The position numbers and the translations under genes were made by a program. DNA of 64,000 nt from Lingula anatina. Its lineage: Eukaryota > Animalia > Brachiopoda. Location: positions 32,197,967 to 32,261,966 of the forward strand of contig CM120640.1 in NCBI GenBank assembly GCA_051362555.1. Direction: 5' to 3'. The notes beneath the pieces were generated by a model. The model did no database searches and was not told where the DNA came from. It saw only the letters and a list, made by a program, of their open reading frames with translations. Below are positions 26,801-40,850 of this stretch, piece after piece; positions within the stretch are counted from its first letter, which is position 1, and the number at the start of each line of letters is the position of its first letter.

Positions 26801-29800
26801 ATAATACCTTATACATAAAAAGAAATTGATTCCTAAATGTATAATATTTGTCAACAATGTTCATTTAGGAAAAAAATTAATTGTCATGACAGCAAATATA
26901 CAAAGCCAAAAAATAACAAAACACAAGTGGTTAAATATTTCATCATTTACTGATAATATTTGACTGTATCACAAGTGCAGTGTTCTATTCTGAAGATAGA
27001 AATGATATTTAAGCATGTGAAACACACTTGATGAAGGTGGGAAGCTTACATCATTTGTAACATATGGATTTATTTACAAGGCTTCCAAACCTACAGCAAA
27101 ATAATACTATGTCCTTTCATGAGAAATCCTCAACTGCTTTCTGCATGTATCATTAAGGTTTTGCACTATATAAAAATTTGACAGCTGTAAAAATTATATG
27201 AAATCATACAAGTATAATGGCATCATCAATGGCAAACTGATTGCAGCGAAGAAACACCACCATGGTAAAAAATGAATGGTAAAAAAAAAAAAAAAATGGC
27301 AATGTCGATAAAAACTGTAAATCTGTGAAGGAGAGACTGGGCTGACTTTACAATTTGTAAACAGAAAACACAACCTGAATCTATACCAATCCTTCTCCAA
27401 ACATCATTACTTACAAATACGTCCTTGATGTTAATTCTTTCTTTTTTACCTTCAAGAGGTGGGGATAATATTGACACATGGAGAAAAAAACAAATCAGTT
27501 TTTGTTTAATAGCTGAAATGTATTAATTCTCTTCCAGGCACTTCAGATGAGATTATACATATCAAGCATACATATTTAGCCAGTTTGATTAATCTATTCC
27601 TCTATCACTTTGGAGGAAGCCGGGAGATTATTTGGTTGGCTGGTGATGCGGTAAATTTGAAAGACTGAAAACAATCTTTCACAGAGTCAGCTCCTCATCC
27701 CTCGAAAACTGAAGACAATTTTTTCATAGGTTAAAAAATATAACAAAACCTGGACACCACTTCATCATAATGGATATTACTTGCCATACATCAATTACGT
27801 TAGCAAAATCTATTCAAAATCTATTTATTAACTTACGCATCTTTGTCCTTATGCTAAAAAAAGAAAGAAAATAAATACACCACAAACTAGTTTTGAAAAA
27901 TTCAGTCCTTACTTGTGTCATACGTGAATGTATTATTTCAATTTATGTTAAATATACTCCACTGAACAATATATAAAACAACTTACAGCAATTAATCATT
28001 TGCTAAATTTTCTAAGGCATTATTAATTCAAAAGGACATCTGAATGCCTTCCACAAATATTTAAAGTGGAGTTATATAAATATAACTTACTTTAGATGAC
28101 TCTATTTACAAATGCAGGATTGAATTTTGGATAACCCGCACACAGGTAAATTGCAGCTATGCAATAATTATACCATGTTTGTTTAATGTATAAAAATACA
28201 ACAGGTACAAACACATCAAAGGAATGTACTCATGAACAGTTGCATGCTGCACGGAGGGTCATCACGCGGTAAAGAGTCGTCACCGGCTAGCATGATCATC
28301 AAACAAACCTGGTAAACACGTCTCACACTGCTGATCGCTTTTCACTACACATGATTCCCACTGACATTTCTTAGAAAAAAGATTCCCTTGATTCAATATT
28401 TCAGGTTCAACAAAGGTGAAAAAAATGTTGTTTAGAGAATCAGATCCTTGATTGTATGGGCATTGCCTGCCAAATTACCTTCACAGATTGTCATTACAGA
28501 AAACGCAGGTTAAGCCATAACATATCATCTGTCATATTGACCAAGCAATAGATCAAATAGCTTTGATGTGAAATGTTTCTTATAACGCATACACAACAAT
28601 GCCATTTAACCTGTACTTATCCCAGTTTTATCTGTATTTCTGGATTGATTTTCTAAGTATTCAAGGGGTTTAATGCTTCTGTTATCCCCAATGCTATAAA
28701 CACCTACAGCACATAGCTGCAAAGCTTAGTGTGTTATTGTCTATCACAATTTCCCTAATTTGTCTATTGCTTCCCTGAAGATGACAGACAAAAATATCAA
28801 TCAATCCATTTATTAGACTTTTTTACCAGATGAGTTTCCTTCTGTCTTATTCCTTACAATTCTTTAGAAAATGCTGAAAATTAAATGCCTTACTTCATTT
28901 TCTTTTCAAACAATACAGACTTTCCAAAAATAAACAAAATGGACAAAATGTTGTGAATGTAAGCCTACATAAAGCATGTTCGTAATTGTGTTGGCTGATT
29001 AAATTTTGTTTTTCCTTCATAAACTCCCAACACTCGTCCAATATTGAGAATTTTTACATATTAAGATTGGCCTTTTGATGTAAGTTCTGCTTTCTATTGT
29101 ACAACCCCCATGTAAATCATACTTCCATTTGAAAAAAAGGGACAGACTTTCATCAAAAATGCAAAAAAAAAGTTATAAAGAAAACTTGCATGTGAACAAA
29201 CTTTGTTAAAGACATATAAAGGGCAATTCTATCTTAAAGACAAATGTATTCAATTTGTTTAATGCAAGCCATTTCTGTATACACTTATGCTTATTACAGG
29301 TTTCACAGACTCTCTTTGCAGTATCAGTTACATATTCATAAATGGTGTGTGTGTGACACATCTAGGACACAGCAAGAAAACCCTTAATGAATGTGTTAGC
29401 AGGTACGAGAAACTTGATGTGATAGGTGTGACAACATAAGCAATCCAGTGTCACCAAGCACAACCACTTCAGATAGCCCAAGTACATACCACTGAAAATG
29501 TGGAAAATGGTTAACTACCATTTCTTTCAATGGAAACTGATATAAAACAGGGTAAAAAAATTTACTTGAAATACATGAAAAAAAATTGTTAAGAACTTGT
29601 TGAGGGCTTTTCATTGGATACAGTTCACCTAAAATACTGACATAAAAGTTATAATAAATAAGAGAGAAAATTCATCTGCAAACCCTCCCCAACCAACTGA
29701 AGAACAAATTTTGGATACTTGCAGCTTCCTGTACTTGCGAATCAGACATGTTTGCTCCAATGCTTTTAAATCATATATGATAAACGCTGGTATAAACACA

Positions 29801-32350
29801 TTTCTCTTCTCCTACTGTGCTGTGAGTGAGAAGACACCTGTGTATCAATCATGCAACCAGGCATATTTCATTTCTTGTACCTGCATGCAGTATTTTATTT
29901 ATGGCTACAAAAAAAAAAAAAAAAGAAAAAAAAATTGTGAGGTTAAATACTCATTTATCATTTTGAAAAAGATTAAACAATGTAGTAAAAATAAAAATCC
30001 TAAGCCTGTGGCCTAACATTTTGGTAATTTGTAGATTGAATATAGTTATTCATCAATTGATAAGGATGAGTATTTCTTAACCAAATTTTTTGTTCATTTT
30101 ATGATTTACTGTTTTTTTTTTTTTTTTTTTTTTTTTTACTACATAATGTGCATGCCTGTCCTCGGTTTGCGAACTGCCACTACTGAAAATTATGTTCAGG
30201 TTAAAGCAATGCAGAAAATCAATTACTTAAATCATAAAAGGTGGGGATAATTTACCACCACCTTACAATCTGAAGACAGATTTTCACCGATAGGGTTTAG
30301 AGATGGGTGGGACAATTTACTCAAACAGAATCATAGCTTACCCTTATGTGGTACTGTGCTGTAGACTAGTCAAATCTGTATAAGTATTGCATATTCGTCT
30401 GTTCAGCATCGTAGCAGGCTGGCAAGTAATTTTCAGCATTCCTACTTTGATTAGACCTCGCCATCTCCAGTCACATGGTACGAAACTGGTGACGCAATTA
30501 GTTGAAACACTGGTAGTTTTTACTTATGATACACACACACTTTCACTTCAAGCTTTTACAGTTGATGAGGAATATACTTTCAAACAATTAAGGTCTTGAG
30601 CTTGGTCCTTTATTATCTAAATCGTAAACACATTAAATGCATATTTTCTCTTTTCCTGAACAGCCAAAATTAATAATTCATTTTCATTTCAAAGTAACCA
30701 ATAATTTACCTTCCTTGCATTGAGTAACATACAGAATAACTGCTAATTATAACATATGTTGGGAACAATATGAGGCGTGTTTATCTTTTAATTTGATTGC
30801 ATTCAGGAAGAGTCCCTGCAGAGTTGGAGCGATCTACACAGTCTGATAGTAATACATTGGGAATGAGCCCTATGAATACCAACCATCTCTTAGGGACCAC
30901 AAAACATCTCCTCTCCCCATTCAACTTCAACCAATTCTAATAGCCCCTGGCAGTTGAATTGTGAAATATGCATACATCATTAGGTTTTGTGAGCCTAATT
31001 AAATTGCCCACAAAGCATGGATTTCCCAAGTTAATTAATCACTGGGAAATGATAGCACTCCATGCAATAACAGACACCAGAGGCTTGTAAACTGCCATGT
31101 TCAATATGGTCCGCCTGTTAAACGATTGGGCATCCTATACCGCAGATTGGAGATCAGCGTTTTGACATGGCTGGAGCACTAATTGGAAAAATCATGGATT
31201 TTATTTACATCTGTGAGTGACCGGATTCAAGATTTGTGTTGAGAAATCTCCTTGCATGCAAGATGGTTATCCTACTACATTTTTAGACATGACCTGCTAA
31301 TGATGATGACGTTGAGACATTGTAGCTTACACTTATGATGTGGGTGCACATCATTATCATGTGTATCAGCTAGCTTCCCTATCATGGTAACTATAATAAC
31401 TGCACTGCACCCTTAATTCAGAGCAACATCAACTTAATGCCATGGTGAGAATTCTTTTAACTCCTGGTTTAACCTATCACATCTCTCTTCAATGCCAGCT
31501 ATGGTTTACTGTTCTATTGACCAATTAAAATCACAAATAAGTATATATTTAGTCATAGACTGGCCTGCATCAATATGCTTCTTTTTTGTTGTTTTTTGAT
31601 AAACAGAAAGCCATAATTATCATTATTTTTATCTGTTTTAAAAGAAATATGCCTATCAAAAACAATAACTTGTACAAACACAAGCTCAGACTGACTTTAC
31701 AGATAACCTTCCACCTGCAGTTCACGCCCTCCTGATGTTGGTACATCAGTGCACGACATCCAGTGTTGCCTGTCCTTACCAACAAGGTAGCACAGGTAGG
31801 AACTATCATGTAAAATATACTGGATGTTAATTGGTGTATAGAAGCTTATTGAAACACTATTCACTAAGTAAAAGTCAGTTAGGAATAAAACCACTTGAAG
31901 ATACTTAACACTGTTACAGAAGCAAACCATCTACACTGCTTACATTAAAGTTCAAACTAAGGCATAAATGTCTCATAGATAAAATCTTCTAAATCACTAT
32001 CCTTTGCAGTCTTAAATGTTATCTGAGAGCGCTTTCAGAAACAGTTAACTCTTATTCATCCATTTCCTGAGTATGACAAGTTTCACATAGAGGCATATAT
32101 TGGCAGGAACCACTGGAACCAATGTCTTAGGGTGGGTTCACAATGAAAATATTGTATTAGGCACTTTAAACCTACTCTCTGGGTCTCTCTCTGGCGTGGA
32201 GATGTGTTATTTTGATTACATTCAGCGAGAGTCCCCACCCAGTTACTACCAACTACCGAGTATGATAATTTAACTGTGAACACACCATAAAACCCCATGT
32301 CTACAGGATGATGACTTAATTATTTAAGCAACATCTGTATAATGGGTTCC

Positions 32351-32570
32351 CAGTGGTATATGTATGTATATTTATAAAGAGCATATTGTAAATGGCACCA
32401 AGCAGTGTCTTCCTGGTGTTTTTGCACATAAACACACGTTTGATGTTACTAACAAACAGTGGTATAATATGTATATATATATTTATAAAGAACATATTGT
32501 AAATGACACCAAGGAGTGACTTTCTGTTGTTTTTATATACATGATTATTTGACATTATTAGTAACAGTGG
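32351..32570. repeat. tandem duplication, 2 x ~107 bp
   Basis: cagtggtata...atatttataaaga.catattgtaaatg.caccaag starts at 32351 and 32457. A third cagtgg sits at 32565. Confidence 0.8.
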
Positions 32571-32833
32571 GATGAAATTATCTACTAGTATTCAGCCATA
32601 TTTTCGAAATCGCACCTCTAGAACTGTACTTCGATCCCATCTAATTTCATGCTACCCTAGTACCTGGCAAACCATTTGCAGAAATAATCCACCCTTCAAA
32701 CATTTTGATGGATTGCCCAATAAATATAAAATTATCTGAAGGCAAATCAAATATTATTGAGACTATAGCCATTCCAGTGTTTCATCTGCAGTTTAGATCA
32801 TTTTCAGTGCAGGAGCTGTTGAGCTGTACGATA

Positions 32834-33051
32834 GACTGCATTCCCACATATTTAGATCGATCCATCTGGATCGACCTAACTCCCTGGGGGTTCACACTAA
32901 ATTGCTGTCAGCCGAACGTGCACTATAGTTAATTATCCCCTTACAGCTTTTAGTAGGCGGGACAGACATTTAAGCATGCAGTTAAGCTGACACCAATCTA
33001 GTGAGACTCCCCACGGGGATAGATCGATCTAAAATCTGTGGGAATGCAGTT
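32834..33051 (+). mobile_element. 218-bp PIF/Harbinger (Tourist-like) MITE, copy 2
   Basis: TIR actgcattcccacatatttagatcgatc...gatcgatctaaaatctgtgggaatgcagt and 3-bp TSD ATA. Shares ttacagcttttagtaggcgggacagac and other blocks with 20362-20568. Confidence 0.8.
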
Positions 33052-36000
33052 ATAGACATCATTTATCCAAAATAAGGAATGAGAAAGCCTTTTTTATTGG
33101 TCACATTAGTACAGTAAGGTGAAGTACAGTGAAGGGTAGAGGTTTGAAATGGACAAGGATTAGTTTCAGTGTTGACGAGATTGTCTGTGGAAATCTAAAG
33201 CTGATCTAGTACGCCATTCTAATCATCTATGACATATTATATCTATGAACATCTTTTGCATGCACAATGTTCTTTTTTGAATGAGCAGATGTACGGCCTT
33301 ATCAATATAGTTTCCTGCTTACAGACACAATAATTCATTACCTATCGGCAAACTTTGATAGAAAACAATGAAACAGGTGTGATGTGTATGTATATGTCTC
33401 ATATATCAAAATAGGGAATTAGGTAAGCAAAAATTAAACATGTAATGGAAGTTATCTGCTGGAAAAGAAATTGCATCTCAATTGCAGTATGTACAGAAAG
33501 TGGCAACCATAATAAAAATGCTTAATAAAAATGTTTTTCTTTATTCATAGATGAATACTACATGTATATGGTGACTAAATTGCAATAGACATTAAGATAA
33601 CTACAGGCAGTGAATTTGGTTCTGAAAAATAGTTTTTGTTATATACAGCTAAAACAGAAAGTCCCTTGACAGTCCCATAACCATGGCCTAGCTAGGCCTT
33701 GCGAGGCCTGATCACGTAGCATCACCATCCGCACCCTTTCTGTACAATAGAAGAGGGAGGATTGCAAAAAATGCAGGCAAAACTGGAAGCGACATTTGGA
33801 GGATTATATTATTTGGATTGTGTGTTGATTACAGCCTGGGTCATCATTAGTCACTTTAATAATCAGTCATAATAAGAGATCAATAGCTGTTAGACCGTTA
33901 CCATTATAGCACAGTTGGTGTTACCTATACAGAATAAGGATTTCTGTACCAACTTATATCTTACTCCCATTCATTACTTGGAACTATTTGCTTAAATAAA
34001 ATTCAGGGCACAGGCCGTGATCACAAGATACCGACAATAGATTTTTGATTTTTAGAAAATAGATTTTTCATGTGAACGGTTCCCCTAGTGTAAAGGGACT
34101 TTCGGTTTTAGTTGTACGTACATTACTGTTTTTGTTATATGTTTAACTCCTTTTTTGCACTGTTTTCCCTCTAAAAAAAAAATTTAAGTGAAAGCAACTA
34201 ACAGGTGACCTTGAACACCAACTCACAACCACATATTTGTCTTTTTATCCATCTCCCATGCAGAGTGCCACTTCCAATGATACATCTCAGCCTTAGACTT
34301 ATCAAGTGGTCTCTGGAGGAGTTCAAGGTATTTATAAACGTTACAAATAAAGTGACCAGGTGTGTTAAGCATCATATTGCAACCACATCCGTAAAAATAT
34401 AATCAGACTCCTGTATGTGTACATTTTCTTGTGTGTCTCTGGCACATGGTGATCCTTAATATTTTTCAAATCTATGTAAAAACCGCTTTGATTTTATTTC
34501 TACTTGAAGTTAATGCACCTCATCTTCTTTGCCTACATTTTTCTTGTCCTCTTTCTGAATTATAAATATATCTTTGAAAGTAAATAAACTTCAATCTCAC
34601 ATCCCCTTCTGCCAGAAAATCTTCATGGTCCTTGTATTTTACAGTTTTTATCAATGAATCATGTGAGTGCATGAGATTTAGAATAGATACCTTTTAAATA
34701 ATAGATAACAAATATAAAAGCCAATAGTGCCAATATAAATAGACACTTAAACTTCTAGGGTAGAGATGTAACTTATGCCATTGACACACGTATACTCAAT
34801 CTACGTGACATTTAACTTGCTTTTAATGAAATGCAATCAACATGATTTAAGAATCCCTTCACTGAAAATATTTCTTTTTTATCACAGGAATAAGGCTAAA
34901 AATGGACGATTTCAATTTCATCAATGCTGTTCTAGTACCTTTAAGTATATACTTATATACTTATATTTTAATTCTTATCTATATTTGGTACTTCCTCTCA
35001 GTGTCCCCTCCCCATATTTTGAAAGAAAACAATTTTTTTTCATATTTTCATATATATGTAGCTCTTCCATTCCCTTATCTTCCATGGGCTGGTCAGAGGA
35101 TGAAATGCACAGAAATTTTATTCAAATACTGCATCATAGTTGCCTGTTGGTCCTTCTCAGCCCTCGTCCTTATGTTTTCCTACTTCATGATATCAGGTGA
35201 AAATTGTGAAATTTGCCTTAAATCTCACCACACCTTTGACTTCATTTTCCACTCTTTCTTAAGACCATCAGCCTATCAAAGGTAATAAAATCTCCATGCA
35301 TCAATAAACAATGCCATGGGTTCAAAAATAATTTCATATCAATAAAACCATAACCGGCAATTTCTCTACTACAAAATGGCCAATTTAGTCATTTGCATCA
35401 AGGCACCTTGCCTTACTAATCCACTGGGATCACAGAACCATGTACTACAGCACAAAAATGACTAAAACATGGGCAATTATCTCTACACAAATTACATCAA
35501 TTAGTAATCAGTTTCTTCTCATAATCAACTTTGCTTGAGCAGACTAGATATTAGATGCATGTTGTTATAACTCCTTGGTTAAATCAAGTGCAGATAGAGA
35601 GACTGTCTAAATTTTGTAAGTCATTATCACATTCACATAAAAAAGAAAAAGAGTGAAAACTGATACGCAGAAATAAGTGAAAGTTTTAATTCATTTTTAC
35701 GAAAAAACAATTAAGTTGTGTGCTTCACTTTTACAAGGTAATGATCAATGAAACTTGGGGTCAATTTTAAGTAAACACTATCCCTTCTATTGAGCAATGA
35801 AGTGGCAGAGATCATATAGCTTTGGTGAGATCAAATAGTCACTTTTCTCTCCAGGGATGCTTTGTACAACTTGGCAGGAGAGCACAGAACAGAAAATAGC
35901 TCATCTAAAAAGAATTACCATCACATTACGTGAATCTCCATAGGTTTGGTCCTCTACCCTACCTAAAACTTCAGTGTTTTACACTTAAAAAATTGAGTTA

Positions 36001-36530
36001 TAATGAAAGTAATGCAACTGTATTTGATACAGTTGTATAACCTGATAATGATAACTTCAATGCGGGTTCAAATTTTGTCTCCTGTAAGCATCTATCTCTG
36101 TATGCAATCAAAAACCACTTAGCATGCAATGAGGGTAAACATGGGTTTATTTTTATGGCTGCAATGTAGAATCAGAACTATCACAGAAGTGCTTGCTGAA
36201 GGACATTCTACAATAAAATGGGAGGTTTGAATCTCTCTGGAAAATACTTATTAGTCAATATTCTATAATGTGCTCGTACCTATGACATAATACATATTTA
36301 ATCAAGTCTCTATCAAAATACCTTACTGTACATTCAAAAAATATATTAACAAGGCATAGTCCCAAAAGGCAATGACAGGTTGCATAAAGTAAGCAAAACA
36401 AAATAAATTGACCATTATAGCTGCATGTATGGGCCTTACCAAAGAGTTCCACAATATATATTTCCTGTCTTAACAGTTCCATAACAGACATCTAAGGATT
36501 GTCAAGCATTACGTAAAAAGCAGCAATTAA

Positions 36531-38244
36531 ACTAGAGGATCAGAGAGGCGATACCGCCTCTGGATATTGTACCACCAGCTGGAGTAAGCGCATTCGTATG
36601 GAAAACCCCCAAAAAAAGGGACACCACCTCCAGTCTTGTGCTTAACAAGCTCTATAAAATGCAATCAACAATAGTTCTCAAAATATGTAAAAAAGGCAAA
36701 AAAAAAAAACAACTAAAAATGGTCCAATGATGCAGATTTTTTCCTAACATTGATCACTCCTGTGATTTTTTAGACAATAGACCTATTGTTTTTCCTTGAA
36801 ATGTGTTATCATTGTTGCATTTGCAGTATGGGAGCAACACTATAGGCATATCTCTGCTAGTTTTTAAAGATATGAGGGGCAACAAAATATGCAAAGTTCA
36901 GTTCTTGGTGAAAAAGTAGGTCAAAAGTCAATTTCAAGATCACAGTATATGACTTCCTATTCAAGTTCAATAGTAACCATGGGAATTTCTTTGCCAATTT
37001 TGGAGATATAAATGCCAGCTAGAAAACATGCAAGGTGCAGTTCATCATAAAAAGTAGGTCAAAGCTCAATTTCAAGGTCATAGATAGATTGCCAGTATAT
37101 GACTTTTTATTCAAGTTCAACAGTAACTTTGGGTGTATCTCTGCCAGTTTTCGAGATATAAAGGATGGAAAATTTGAAAAGTTCAGTTCTTGGTGAAAAA
37201 GTAGGTCAAAGGTCAATTTCAGTGTCACAGTTAGATTGCAATTATGACTTCCTATTCAAGTTCAATAGTAACTATGGTTGTATCTTTGCCAGTTTTGGAG
37301 ATATAAGGGACTTAAATGTTGCAAAGTTCAGTTCATGGTGAAAAGTAGGCCAAAGGTCAATTTCAAGGTCACAGTTACATTGCCAGTATATGAAGTCCTA
37401 TTCAAGTTCAATAGGAACTATGGGCGTATCTCTGCTAATTTTGGAGTAATTCAAAATTTATTTTCACCACTGAATAATGCATTGTACTTTTTTATATAGC
37501 GCAACACCTAAACCGTATCGAAAACAAAAACATGGACACCACCTCCAGTATTGTGCTTCACAAGTTCTACCAATTGCAAAATTCAAAAGGTCTCTGGCAT
37601 TTATGGTTCCAGAATTTGAGAGGGTTTTCAGTTTCATATGTAATGGCTGCTTCTCCCATGAAAATGCACCAATTGACCCCAAACTCTCAAAGATGAAAGG
37701 AGTCCCTGATTGTAATCCCTTACCATAATATGAGAGCTTAAGTATGTGTAATTTCTGAAATTGGTACAAACAAATATATTTTTGCAGAAAAGTCCCATTT
37801 TTAGAAAATTTTGGCCCGTTTGACCTTGAAATAAAGGTCAAAAGTCAAATCTCAGGGCATATTTGGAATCTCCACATATGACTTTCGGTCAGACTTCTGT
37901 AGTAATTTTTCCCATAATTCCTTCAGTTTGGGAGATATTTAGCATTGAATTTTCCAAAATTTTGACAAGTGTGCGTTTCAACGAGTGTCACGCCCAGGCC
38001 AAAGCACCGACTGAGACAAAAATATCAGGGGGTTCAAGTTGAGATTATATGTGATCTAAATCCAAGAGATGGGGACACAGGTCCTTGCGGTCTAGGAGGA
38101 GAAGCGGTAACGGTGACTTGTATCCCACGACACCCTGCGGAGCCAACGGAGCCAACGGAGCCGGCGGAGCCGGCGGAGCCGTACGAGACGGGTCGGGACT
38201 AAAACCATGAGTACCGCCAGCGTACACGCTGGTGGTACTAATAA
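36531..38244 (-). mobile_element. 1.7-kb non-autonomous Helentron-associated element (HINE / DINE-1-like)
   Basis: Read on the minus strand: TTATTAG start; palindromic subTIR AGTACC(G/A)CCAGCG (38210-38239); a 9-bp repeat tract (38137-38180); an internal tandem array; the partner subTIR GTACCACCAGC (36569-36579); a hairpin AGAGGCG-atac-CGCCTCT (36544-36561); and a CTAGT end in a T-rich site. Confidence 0.85.
36835..37450. repeat. ~140-146-bp tandem array (~4.3 units) inside the HINE
   Basis: Units start near 36893, 37032, 37178 and 37323: aaagttcagttc...aaagtaggtcaaaggtcaatttcaaggtca...tatgacttcctattcaagttcaatagtaactatgg...gagatata. Confidence 0.9.
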
Positions 38245-38886
38245 TCAAATGTATCCTCACACTATAAATGTACAGTGGTTTTTGCCAACTTCAACTCAGT
38301 TGCCTCACAATTAATGACAACAGCAGCTTAATTAGGCTCTGTAACAACTCTGTTCAATACTCATCCAGGGCATCATTTTCTAAGCTCAAGGGTGTCATCT
38401 TTAAAAGTACCTTACTGTATATGTTTTTAAAGCTGCTTACAAGGCAAATGTTCATAAAATGATTTAATCATTCAGAAGTATCTGCATGGAATCTGTTCTG
38501 TCAATACATTTCCTATTTACATTGTATTCAGTAAAATCTGAACATGCGATTTGACCTCAGAGTTCATTTCAGACATCATCAAAATTTAAGATAAGAGCTC
38601 AAATGTCAAATTGATTTTTTTTTTCTTTTCATGCAAACAAACACTATTTTACAAATAAAAGGGGCAAAGTAGATGTAACATAAACGGATTGGATCAATAT
38701 GTTGAAAGATTCAAAATCAAATGATGCACTAGGTGCTCACAACAATTAATTAAACATCATCTACCACCAGATTATTTACATTTCTCTGTCAAAAGGTTAA
38801 TATAGTATGTGCTACCTACTGCAACATATGTTTCTAATGTGCAACAACATCTAATGACGCCTAAGGGATCCCACCTTCTTTTTTAC

Positions 38887-38995
38887 CTTCTTCCTTCTGG
38901 GGGTCAACTGGCACCAGGTTCCTACGGGACATCCGACGCGACATCCTACGCCCCCATCTGTAGGCCATGCTCGCCACATTCCCAATCATCGCCAT
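38887..38995 (-). CDS. alternative first coding exon MAMIGNVASMAYRWGRRMSRRMSRRNLVPVDPQKEE(+1 nt)
   Basis: aagATGG with an upstream in-frame TAG, in a GC/CpG-rich island within AT-rich DNA. 36 codons + G, donor AAG|GTAAAA (phase 1). The first 8 aa match the 44369 exon at 7/8 positions. Confidence 0.7.
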
Positions 38996-40782
38996 CTTTC
39001 CTGATTTGTTGTGTTCCCAAGTTGTTTTCTGGTTTCTATTTAGAGCCTGACCCTACAAGCCCAGTAATGACTGAGGAGATCACTTTTTCCTGTCCGTCCA
39101 ACACTAAATCAGCTAACTTTCCGTCTTACTTTACACTGAATGAACGGAGGCCTAGTAAAAAGTACATTCTATTGACATATTTAGTGAGTTTTTTTGTACA
39201 TCACCCAACCCAACTCTCTGTCATCTCCGATCTGTTTCTTGCCTGATCTGTAGTCTGCTGGTGCACTTGCATCGATGTTCTAAAAAAATCAGCAACACAA
39301 TCCTAGCTGTGAAGAAGTTGACTAGCACAGTCTGGGACCAAAACTCTCAGTACATTTATGCCAGTTGTCTAGAGAGAAAGAATGTAGGTTATGCCATATA
39401 TAATTGAAGTTCTTTCTCCACTTTCCAGGTAACTGCTACATTTAGTGAGATCTTAGGTAGATGATGCTGGTATCATAGTGTTAATGTGAAGTCAGATAGC
39501 CTGGTCCAGCTGATGCCTGTTGAGTTGTGTCCATCAAAAATAGCTATGGCCAGCAATTGGCCCGGTAATACACTTAATTCCACAAAAACACAAACCAACC
39601 AGCAGTTTTCTCTACTCATCCAGATTAACCATTTTCATGCAGAAAGATCAGTCTACCAGCACTGTGCCTGCCTGTACTAGTAGACTGGTATAAAAATATA
39701 TCATCAGTGGTTACCAAGTTGACTTTGATTGGAGATTTCAGTTGGTAGTAACTGATAAGTCAATCCAATTAACCAGAAGAACTTCAGTAAATACCAGGGA
39801 TTTGGTGTCACACTGTACACAGCTGAAATCAGTATATGAAGATTCAGCAAGTCGGGACACTTCACCATTCCTTAATCTAGGAGAGTTCAATTGAAGCCAT
39901 GCATTAAAGCATGTATCCTTAGTATGTGTATTCTTCGATCTTTCACTTAATGACTTCCATTCAAGCACCAGAAAACTCCTCTATCTACAAACCCTATAGC
40001 TGTGGTTTCAGACAACACAAGCAAGCTTCTGAGCAAGCATGAGGCACCCAGCTAATGCATCACCAAGTCCAAAACCTCCAGCAAAGTTTGATCAAAACTC
40101 AATCATTCAGTATACTGCCTTCTGGGCCGACAACAATGATGTTTAGAAATTTCACCACAATGACCACACAAATATTGACCCTTAATATAAACTCTGTAAA
40201 TAATCACTCTGGGCAGTGATAGTGAATTATATAACTCTTCATTCAGATACACGCTGGTACACTAACAAACATAAATCCTGGGCTGAAAGAACTTTGAACA
40301 CCTTTGCATTGCAAAACTATAGAAAAGCATAGTGCACTGCTCCTGCAAGCAGATCCCACATGGGTCCACGCACTAATACCTTTATTCCAGGCACTATGAA
40401 TAATGCACATGTCCAAGAGTTAAAGAGGTAAACAAGGGTCACATTTAAACCATTGTAACTTTGCCTGATCAGTCACCCAGGAGGAAAGGTCACATTTCAG
40501 CCACAATTAAGAGTTTCAGGATGAGATACATAAGGTGAACTACAATCAACTACATATACACTGATCAATAATAATGGGTTCGTGTAGTGAGAATTGTAAT
40601 ACAGATTATTAAGTGTGACACTAACAGTTGTCTTCTGCAAAACTGCATCCCCACAGGTCTTGGGGCATGACTTTAGGATGAACTTGTAACAGTTAGTTTA
40701 ATAAAGGAGAAATAAATAGCAGCCTATGAATTTCCTTGCACATATACCACTGATCTAATACTTGTACTTCACTTATCAAAAA

Positions 40783-40850
40783 AATAATAATAATAAATAA
40801 ATAAATAAAAAGATTAATGATTAGCTTTAATATTATTATTATTATTATTA
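40783..40850. repeat. (TAA)n/(TAAA)n/(TAT)n simple repeats
   Basis: Directly visible. Confidence 0.8.

Noticed and set aside
34775-35285. Long overlapping ORFs of 141 and 127 aa
   Set aside because: AT-rich F/I/L/Y-biased composition, no domain, and no convincing splice context.
36440-36491. Phase-1 candidate exon MSVMELLRQEIYIVELF with donor TTG|GTAAGG
   Set aside because: AT-rich, no similarity to the other leaders, and abuts a transposon end; within chance expectation.
36835-37450. Regularly spaced repeats that could be mistaken for a CRISPR array
   Set aside because: The whole unit is repeated with no unique spacers, there are no cas genes, and the context is eukaryotic.
37969-38260. 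ORFs with AEPTEPTEPAEPAEP / APPAPPAPLAPLAP repeats
   Set aside because: These are translations of the 9-bp repeat tract of the HINE element.
38809-39246. 145-aa plus-strand ORF
   Set aside because: GTG start and no homology recognised; it is the antisense shadow of the GC-rich minus-strand exon at 38887-38995.
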